Source: Octopus vulgaris (lineage: Eukaryota). Taken from it: a stretch of DNA of 64,000 bases. The translations under genes were made by a program, and so were the position numbers. The DNA is taken from NCBI GenBank assembly GCA_951406725.2, contig OX597828.1:36084001-36148000 (forward strand). Reading direction: 5' to 3'. The notes under the pieces are model-generated. The model did not search any database. It was given only the letters and a program-made list of their open reading frames with translations, and was not told the DNA's origin. This document shows positions 54,861 to 64,000 of this stretch, in pieces (position 1 is the first letter of the stretch; every line of letters starts with the position of its first letter).

Positions 54861-55075
54861 ATATGCTTAATATATACCTATTGTTTGAAGAGGATTTCAT
54901 TCCCTATCAGTACTGGGTATTGAACCAGTATTTCCATGGACACAACTATCCCTTCATGAGGTTAACTCTCTAATTATATATATAAACAAATGAATGTCAT
55001 ATGTGTATGATATGTATATATCACACACACACACATCACATTTTCATGTGTGTGTATGTGTATTTCAAATATGCA

Positions 55076-55122
<47 letters not shown>

Positions 55123-55216
55123 GCAAGCACAGAGGTTAGAGTTTCAGATTTCATGTCTTCTACAGTTAGCTCTGGAGATAATTTTTTATCAGATTTATAA
55201 CTCCAGCTGTTTCTTC

Positions 55217-55285
55217 TGTAGTAGTAGTAGTAGTAGTAGTAGTAGTAACTGTAGCAGCAGTGGTAGCAGCAGTGGTAGCAGCAGC

Positions 55286-55320
<35 letters not shown>

Positions 55321-55464
55321 CAGCAGCAGCAGTAGTAGTAGTAGCAGCAGTAGCAGTAAGGTAGTAGTAGTAGTAGTAGTAGTAGTAACTGCAGCAGTAG
55401 CAGTGGTAGCAGTAGCAGCAGCAGTAGTAGTAGTAGTAACTGCAGCAGCAGCAGTGGTAGTTGT

Positions 55465-55544
<80 letters not shown>

Positions 55545-55847
55545 CAGCAGCAGTAGTATAGCCCCGGTCAGAAGTGACTGAGCAGACCTATGATCATAGA
55601 CATTCCAGGCATGAACCACCCCTTTTTATTTTATTTTTTTTTTAACCATTGTGCAGGAGACCCCGCCCCCACCAAGACCACATTATCCAATGCATCCTCT
55701 CCTTCCAAGATAGTAGAAGGGAAGCAGATTTGTGGAAGGTTTCACTTCTATTTCTAGTAGGGGTGAACAACTATAGGTAGAAGCTTCCATTGTGGTTGTA
55801 GTGGTGGACAATGACGTTGATGATGATGATAGTCGTTGTAAAGGGTG

Positions 55848-55905
<58 letters not shown>

Positions 55906-55975
55906 CAGCAGCAGCAGTAGTAGTAGTAGTAGTAATAGTAGCAGCAGCAGCAGCAGCAGTGGTGACAGCAGTAGT
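55217..55975. repeat. (TAG)n/(CAG)n compound trinucleotide arrays (55217-55558 and ~55850-55975)
   Basis: Direct reading. Confidence 0.95.
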
Positions 55976-56530
55976 GTTTTGACAATAACATTGATAATGA
56001 GGAACTGGTGAGATATAGTAATAATAGTTGTTATGTTGGTAGCTGTAACTTGGGAACCTTGTCTGTCCTAATAATAAACAAACAAACTCATGACCAAAAG
56101 CATTCCAAATGTGACCACCCCATCTTATGTTGTCAGCCATAATGTATTCAGAATGAGAACATGCACCTTTAAAAGACAGGAGGATATGTATTTCGAATCT
56201 AGGAAACAAAAAGAAGAAAAAAACTGTAACAGGATAGAAATGAAACCCAGCAGGATGCTGTTGGTAACCCACCTCAAAGAAGAATTCATTGGCGCTTAAT
56301 GCAGCTACAAGAATATCTTCATAATTTGTGTTGCTCAACCCGGAACCATGTGGTTGGGAAGCAAGCTTCTTATCACACAGCCATGCCTAAATAAAATGGG
56401 ACTTTTTCCCTAGACACCATATATTTTTAGCAGGCTGAGCAACCAAGTAGAGGTAATATTTTTCCCTACTTAAACATGGATACTCTTTCTGTTAGAACAA
56501 ACTTTATTGCAGTGGATCCTATGAGAGAAA

Positions 56531-56823
56531 GTGGAGGCACATGGCCTAGTGGTTAGAGCAGCGGACTCACAGTCGAGGGATTGCAGGTTCGAATCTCAGA
56601 CTGGGCAATGTGTGTGTTTATGAGCGAAACACCTAAGCTCCACACGGCTCCGACAGAAGGTAATGGCGAACTTCTGCTGACTCTTTTGCCACAACTTTCT
56701 CTCACTTTTTCCTCCTGTATCTTGCAGCTCACCTGCGACGGACCAGCGTCCCGTCCAGGTGGGAAACCTATACACCAAGGAAACCGGCCCTTATGAGCCA
56801 GACATGGCTCAAGAAGGAACAAA
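56531..56823 (+). mobile_element. tRNA-derived SINE of a further family, 12-bp TSD CTATGAGAGAAA
   Basis: TGGCCTAGTGG / GGTTCGAATCTC boxes; TSD at 56519-56530 and 56824-56835. A related head occurs at 48391-48630. Confidence 0.85.
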
Positions 56824-56911
56824 CTATGAGAGAAACTCTCATATTGGCCTTTGGTGCAAAATGCACTCTGATCCACCATGGTACAATTGTTCTATCAGAA
56901 CATCCAGATTC

Positions 56912-57140
56912 AAACCTTTTGTTACCATATTTCTATTGAGATGCTCTGTGTTTCTTTGAATTAATTTTAAATATAACAAAGAATTTAGTAAAATAACTTA
57001 GTTATCATTAAGCTGGTGTTAAGAACATAAATTGTGACTAAGGTTTGGTGGAAAATTTTAATTCAGAACTTTTGAAAACAAGACATTTGTACTACAGAGC
57101 CTGGGGAAGTTTCAGGCGGGTTGGTATCAAAAGGGTTAAA
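56912..57140. mobile_element. piggyBac-like (TTAA-CCCTTT) MITE
   Basis: aaaccttttgttacca ... tggtatcaaaagggttaa inverted ends; a diverged partial relative lies at ~59800-59930. Confidence 0.55.
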
Positions 57141-57286
57141 TGGGGATAAATATTGCCTCTTGGCATTAATTCTGCCTTTGTTGCTAAGATTATATTTTTT
57201 ACCAAGTAGAGGACCTCTCATTGACTTGTTATATTGTAGATAGCTGCAGTGCTAACAGTTATCTTTGTAATCTATTGTAACTATTA

Positions 57287-57439
57287 CCGCCATTTTAACG
57301 TGTATAAGGAACCCTTTTTTGTCAAAAATTAGGTTAAAAAAATATGGGAGTTTCTTATACATGGATAGTATTATAATCCCTTTATTCCAAATTTTAAGAT
57401 CCCAAAATTAGGGAGTTCCTTATACATGCTAAAATACGG
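57287..57439. mobile_element. pogo/Tigger-like MITE with TA TSD
   Basis: TA-CCGCCATTTTAACGTGTATAAGGAAC ... GTTCCTTATACATGCTAAAATACGG-TA. Confidence 0.65.
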
Positions 57440-57895
57440 TATGTCTCAAGACAGATAAACTTCTGTGATGTGTGAGACCTTGAGCAAGTTTCTTCTAGTA
57501 TAGCCCTGGGTCAACCAAAGTTTATGAGTGGATTTTGTAGATGGAAACTGAAACAAACCCATTGTATTTATGTGTGGGAGGGGGAATTGCCTCCTCATCT
57601 TGATAGATGTAAATTAAGCAAGGGGAAAGTTTCTCGAGAAATGGGCTGTATGAGACATGGGTTGTTATCATGTAGGCTGCAGTGCTAAAAAAGATTCACA
57701 GTAATTTTTCATTTGGGCATGCTATTCAGAAAGCCCCACAGGTCACAGCTTGACTATGGTGGTTTTAAGTGAATGCCACCATCATTCAAGCAGTATCATT
57801 TGTTTCCGATTTTCATCTTCCATGAATACATATCCAGTTATGGGAAAAGATGGGTGGGGGGTGGGGGACATTACCTTGTTTGGAAACAAGTCAGG

Positions 57896-58349
57896 GTTAG
57901 TTAGTTAGTTAGTTAGTTAATTTTTTGGCTCAAAAAGCAAAAAGCAAGGCCATGTAGAGGGACATGGAGTTATGTACAGGGTGGTGTTCATGTAAAGAGT
58001 TCAGGCCACTTGAGGTCAAGGGAGACTTTGAACCGAGCGGTTGTCGGCATCTTCACCATCTCGTCTGGCAGCTTATTCTACAGATCCGCAACCCAGATGG
58101 AGAAAGCCCCTCTCCTTCGATTGAGATGAAACTGTCGCAGATAGAGCTTTTCGGAATGACCCCGCAGCTGACACTCTGGAGCAGGAGTGAAGAACAGCTC
58201 TTTCGAGAGGTTACACTTTCTGCTTATGATGTTGTGAGCAAGAATGAGATCACCACGGCGGTGGCGTTTTTCTAGAGAATAAAGGTCGAGCGTCTTCAGC
58301 CTTTCTTCATAAGACAACTTCTTGAGACCAAGAACCGTGCGGTTCTTGG
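57896..58349 (-). mobile_element. CR1-clade LINE 3' fragment with (TAAC)n tail
   Basis: LSYEERLKTLDLYSLEKRHRRGDLI...LRGHSEKL...RRGAFSIWVADL*NKLP; tail at 57896-57919; short fold-back at the 5' truncation point (58328-58349). Confidence 0.9.
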
Positions 58350-58552
58350 TTGGCAACAAGAAGAACATCTGACCATTAAATTATCTATCACGGCAAATTC
58401 CCTCTCATCCATGCAAGCATGGGATGTGGACAATAAAACAGTGATGATGATTATGATGATCACATAACACACACATTCAAGTGCATGAAGAATAGAACAT
58501 ATACTCAATATCACCTGTATGTGTGTGTGTGTGTGTGTATACACACACACAC

Positions 58553-58593
<41 letters not shown>

Positions 58594-59061
58594 ATATATA
58601 TACATATATACACACACACATGCACACATACATATGTATATATACACACAACACAGGTTAGTAATTAATACCTACTATGGCCATTACTCAGAGGCCCATG
58701 GAGACACAAACACAAGCATATTTCTTCAAACTCTCAGTAGATGTCTGAAGAATTCAGACGTGTACATGTTGTGTCTATGCAATTCTGCGTAATGGTTGTA
58801 CTGTGAAGTCATTAACTGCTAAGCAACAACAAAGATATATATGTGTGTGTGTGTGTGTGTGTATGTATGTACACACACTCACACGCACATGTATATGTGT
58901 GTGTATGTGTGTGTAAACAAGTTAAAATTGCCTGTATATATATATACATATATATACACACACACACCTCTGTACTTATATATACACACACACACACTTC
59001 TGTACATATATATATACACACACATACACACACACACACACACACATACATACAAACACAC

Positions 59062-59094
<33 letters not shown>

Positions 59095-59651
59095 CACACA
59101 CACACATACACCTCTGTATGTATATATATAAACTTCCAGGTTTGATTTTTGTCCTGTTTTGTTTACTTTCCCACCCCACCTACCTCATCCACTGTAAAAA
59201 TAAATTTAATCTAAATCACCATGACAACGGAGGGGGGGCCATGACACCTTACCATAGATCTCACTATCTCACCCACCTTGCATTTCCCCACCTAAATTGC
59301 ACCACCCAGATCTATTCTAAGATATGATAGTTACCAGCTGTCCTCCAAACTGCCAATACCAATGCCACCACTGCTGTTGTTACCACCACCACACTATCAC
59401 CAACAACATCAACACCATCATCATGACCACCACTACCACCATCATCGTTACCACCAAAATCAACACCACCACTACCACCACCACCATCACTACCATCATC
59501 ATCATCACCACTGCTTATCACAACCACAATTTTAGTGCAGTTATTAATACTACTCCTACCACTACTCCAATGCTATTAATATAACAGACATCAGTATCGC
59601 CATCCTGACTGGTGGGCAGTGCCCATGATCCACATAGCACCTCTGAAATTG

Positions 59652-59691
<40 letters not shown>

Positions 59692-60725
59692 AGGGAGGAA
59701 GAAATGTATCATCAAACCCAACGGCTGGCCCAAAACGCTTGCATCAGAGTGGACTAAAGTGATGGTGTTAAAATCCTCAAGTGATGAACTAATTCTTTAC
59801 TTACCATATTTCTATCAGTATCCTGCTTTTCATTGAATTTTGAAAACAAATTAAGAATTTAGTAAAATAACTTTGTCATAATTAAGGTGGAGTTTGGAAC
59901 ATAATGTGAAATTTTGATGGAAAGCTTTAACCCTGTATATGCATTCAGAAAACATTGTAGTTGGTGATTCAGTACAGTTTTGGGGGTAAAACAAAGATGT
60001 GTAACCTGAAAGCTTGAGTGACTTCTAGAACACATTTACAAACAATGCATGAGTGAGAAAAATCATGAAACACTCCACACAGCTTATGAATTCTCTAAGT
60101 TAATATATAAACAGCCTGGCTCTAAAAATAATCCTGGAGTTTTGCATAAAACATGAACAGGTTAGTGCTCCGTAACTATCATTGGACATTGGCAATGGAG
60201 AACATTGCTACAACAAATAAGAAAAATAATAGTGCCGCTGGACTGGCTCCTGTGCAGGTGGCACATAAAAAGCACCATTTGAGTGTGGCCATTGCCAGTA
60301 CCACCTGACTGGCCCTCATGCTGGTGGCACGTAAAAGCACCCACTACACTCTCGGAATGGTTGGCATTAGGAAGGGCATCCAGCTGTAGAAACTTTGCCA
60401 GATCAGATTGGAGCCTGGTGCAGCCATCTGGTTTGCCAGACCTCAGTCAAATCGTCCAACCCATGCTAGCATGGAAAGCGGACGTTAAACGATGATGATG
60501 ATGATGACTGACATTTTGTCATGTCTTGGGAGGGTCGTTACACCAACAATGACACAAGATAAGTTTCAATGAATTCAGATCAAGAATCTTGTAATCCAAA
60601 TGCAAAAACAGGTTGACATTAATTATGGAAATTACGAATCAAAAACAGCAACGGAAAAATTCTTAGTGAAATGCAAAAAGTCAATGTTACCAAGATACAA
60701 AAACAAGATTTGTTTTGTGACTTAC

Positions 60726-61491
60726 TTTTCCTTGAACTGTGGGTGAAGACATCACACTCCGTGGTAAATACATATTGTTCCCAGGGGAGAGTGCACAGTC
60801 AAACTCTCGTTTCCTAAGATTTACTTTACGATCAGTATTGTTCCCCTTATCGTATGTGTGCATGTAGATGTTCTCCCTACTAGACATGCTACGTAGGTTA
60901 GAGATGTAAGCATTTTCGCCGAGATTGTCGAGGGACTGCGACAGGCAACTAGAAGGCGTGCCGCGGCCCGAACGCAGAGTCGCCGACGTGATGGTGGTCG
61001 GGGTAGGTGAAGAGTTCCAGTTCACCTCATCCTCCACGGCCGATGTGCTCTGCGTTCTAATTTTGTCGACTGAGTAAGGATCCTCGTTGTAAGACAGTAG
61101 CAGGCCACTGCGCTTGTGGCGCAACGTGTTCGGTGAGTATGTTGTCCCTTGCAGGGTACTGCTGGAAAGACTTGGGAATTTTGACGCTGAAGACACTTGG
61201 CTACTTGTCATTGACTCCGTGAAGACGTCATCACAGGAGCCAGCCTCACCCATGAACATACCCGAGTCATCGTAGGCACCATTGTCGTAGCAGCCGGGAG
61301 ACTCGTCATGCGGAAGACTAGTGGCTGAAGTTGACGAGTAGTGCGACTGTCCCTTGACACTATACTGTGAGACTGATTCTGGCATCGAGGATTGTCTTTC
61401 AGGGGGAACAGGTGGTGGAGCAGCTCGCCGTCGCCGCCGTCGAATGGTAAAGGTTACTTTCCCACATTGCACAGCCATAGCCAGAACTTGC
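60726..61491 (-). CDS. Internal coding exon (766 bp) of an unidentified host gene; Ser/Thr-rich region preceded by a segment resembling the C-terminal end of a PDZ domain
   Basis: GC-richer, non-repetitive open frame within ORF 60687..61682 (QVLAMAVQCGKVTFTIRRRRRRAAPPPVPPERQSS...SSPTVQGK). Minus-strand acceptor tttttctattttcag|G at 61491 and donor GGAAAA|gtaagt at 60726; phase 2 in, phase 0 out. The PDZ resemblance is weak inference. Confidence 0.8.
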
Positions 61492-61580
61492 CTGAAAATA
61501 GAAAAATAATAATAATAATAATAACAACAACAGTAATAGTAACTAATAATAATAATAATAATAACAATAATAATAACAAC

Positions 61581-61805
61581 CATCCCTGTTGTTGTAGGTG
61601 CCCTGGGAATAATCAAGCAAGAAAGGTACTGACAGATTTTTTTGACCAGATCCCTGGGAAACCAACAATCTATAAAACTCAAAACATTGTATTGACATCA
61701 GCTGTCCATTTTCTCAGAAAGTTTATCTCCGTCTAATATATATGCACCTTAGGTCTCTGGTTGAAATCCAGTCAGAAGATGAAATAAAATGCAATTCAAT
61801 TGGAA

Positions 61806-61806
<1 letters not shown>
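61581..61806 (+). mobile_element. R4/Dong-clade LINE 3' end inside a (TAA)n array
   Basis: IPVVVGALGII/KKGTDRFFDQIPGKPTIYKTQNIVLTSAVHFLRKFISV*, flanked on both sides by (TAA)n. Confidence 0.75.
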
Positions 61807-61847
<41 letters not shown>

Positions 61848-62058
61848 CTTTTCTACTATAGGCAAAAGGCCTGAAATTTGGTGGAGGGGGATAGTCAATT
61901 ACATCCATCCCAGGACTCAACTGGTACTTAATTTATCGACCCTGAAAGGATGAAAGACGAAGTTGACTTCGGCGGAATTTGAACTCAGCAAGTAGTGGCA
62001 GATGAAATACTGCTAAGCATTTCGTCCAGTGTGCTAACGATTCTGCCAGTTCACCACC

Positions 62059-62094
<36 letters not shown>

Positions 62095-62345
62095 TGGGTG
62101 GTTGCTGTAGTCCATCCTGGAATGGACACAAGTGGAGGTTGACCAACTTGATCGCACTACCTGAAAGATAATGACAATGCATGGTGCCGTCCACCCTAAG
62201 GCAAATGTACACAGGGTCTACATGAAGAGAGGTAAAGGTAGAGGTGGGCTGATTAGCATATGGGAGTGCATTAACAGTGAAAGAAGAAACATGGCAGAAT
62301 ATTTGGTAAACAGCAAAGAAGACCTGCTGCTAGTGTAGAAGGAGT
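62095..62345 (+). mobile_element. R4/Dong-clade LINE internal fragment between (TAA)n arrays
   Basis: LEWTQVEVDQLDRTT*KIMTMHGAVHPKANVHRVYMKRGKGRGGLISI matches the R4-clade W...E...LDR.TRK..T.....HP.A...R.Y..R..GGRGL motif. Confidence 0.75.
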
Positions 62346-63309
62346 ATAATAATAATAGTAATAATAATAATAATAATAATCCTTTCTACCATAGTCACAA
62401 GGTCTGAAATTTTGGGGAGGGGAGGGCGGTTACATCAACCTCAGTGCATAACTGGTACTTATTTCATTGACCCCGGACGGATGAAAAGCAAAGTTGACCT
62501 CAGCATAATTTGAACTCAGAACGATTCTGCCAGCCCACAGCCTTCTTAATAATAATAATAATAATAATAATTTTTTTATTGATTTTATTATTAAAAAAAT
62601 TGATTCTATTTGTATAACAGTATTCATCCTGATCACCACAATCACCAAGAGGTGTGAAGAAATAAGGGAGCTGATTTCAATAGGAACTGAAATAAGGTTA
62701 CCAAGAATGGGAACAGTTTTTTTTTTAAAGTTACAGGCAAAAGGGATAATGGGAGGTGGTTTAACATCCTATGTGAATGATTTAGTGGAAAGCAGCTGTT
62801 TCTCACGTTTTTTGTGGGGAGGTGGGGGACTGGGGATGGGGGGGAACTTCCCTGACATTCTGGTAATATATAACTAAGAATAATAGGAAACAAAAAGACA
62901 AAAAAATTCTTGACTATTAGAGTAAAAGACATAGCTGATGCAAGCAGATAGTGGGAGAGAGATGACAGCTCATGGGATGCCCCCAGGGGAAGGGAGGGCA
63001 AACTGATACAAATGGGAAAGATGGGGGAAAGAAAATTTATTTTTATTTTTTTAGAAATTTACCAAAATACGCTCTAAACTTTTAAAGATAAATGTAGAGT
63101 GAAAAAAAATTAGGACAGCCATCAAAAACAACAAGTTTCCAGATAAAAGGACTGAAAGTATCTCACTTCTCCAGCATGACCTGTTGCCCTGTTTAGAGTA
63201 ATTAGGAACGGTTAACGAAGGTCTATAACAGTTTCTTTTCTTTTTTAAACTCTTCCAAATGCTAAATATTTCAGAATGTAAAAAACATGTTGGAAACAGG
63301 ACATAAGTT

Positions 63310-63533
63310 TTAACCCTTTGACATTTAAATTGGACATATCTGGCCTAAATATTCTGTCTTATGTCCAAACTGACCAGATCTGAGCTCTCACACTTATCAT
63401 ACGTTGTCATTCTAAAAATAAACAATCACATCATTGAAATCTCGAAGCCATGAGATAATACCTGATTAATTCAACATATTGTGAATACAGAAGCAGAACA
63501 TTTAACAGAGTAATCTGAATGCTAAATGGTTGA
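63310..63533. mobile_element. piggyBac-like MITE, second family
   Basis: ttaaccctttgacatt ... aatgctaaatggttgaa. Confidence 0.45.
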
Positions 63534-64000
63534 AGCATTTCCAAAATGCTGAAGACTGTGTTCCAGTAATGGTGCAGGAATCAGTGGAGCGTTTGTCCGA
63601 GGTGATGCTTTTATAAGAGTAGCACTTTTGGGTCTACTGCTTATGCTTGTATAAACTTGGTGGGGTCTGATGGAGGGGCAGAAAACTGAAGGGGTGTCCC
63701 AGGCAACACATACTCTAGCTATGCCGCCTTTCTTCAGCATCAACTTGACCACGATGAGCCAATAATGGGACCATCTTCATTTTGCAGAGGTACGTAGGAC
63801 GTGATCCAATTGGCCCTGGCTTTTCCTTTCCCCAGAAGAGGAGAGTGCAATTCAAAAGAGATTTGGTTTCAGTTTCTAGCAGGTGGTGCAACCACATAGT
63901 TTCTCACTTTCACTGCAATTGTTTCCAAGGGTGCATAAGCAGAGAGAGCAAGAAGCAGAGAGAGAGAGAGCCAGCAATCAGGAAAGAAGAGCTGTGATGT

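Noticed and set aside
55001-56338. Poly-S/V/L/T ORFs
   Set aside because: Translations of (TAG/CAG)n arrays with no flanking coding signal.
63530-63860. Possible very old RTE LINE fragment
   Set aside because: Only faint motif similarity across frameshifts.

Overview
Eukaryotic (animal) DNA that is AT-rich and saturated with microsatellites and mobile elements. The SINE families present are the kind typical of Octopus/coleoid cephalopod genomes (inference). Almost all listed ORFs are translated microsatellites or SINEs. Only one convincing host exon is visible (60726-61491, minus strand, Ser/Thr-rich, possibly starting with the end of a PDZ domain). The rest comprises about 50 SINE copies of at least four families, relics of Tx1/L1, RTE, CR1 and R4/Dong LINEs, a decayed Merlin (IS1595-like) transposon with a nested 8-bp-TSD MITE, and hAT, mariner, pogo and piggyBac-like derivatives. 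The most notable structure is a young 5'-truncated Penelope-like element (40667-43328). It has an open GIY-YIG endonuclease frame and ~770-bp inverted repeats, each carrying a minimal hammerhead ribozyme with a swapped G3-C8 core pair. At least seven further short non-coding units, several of them fold-backs, carry hammerhead motifs with canonical or variant cores. All family assignments come from motif recognition by eye, not from database searches.
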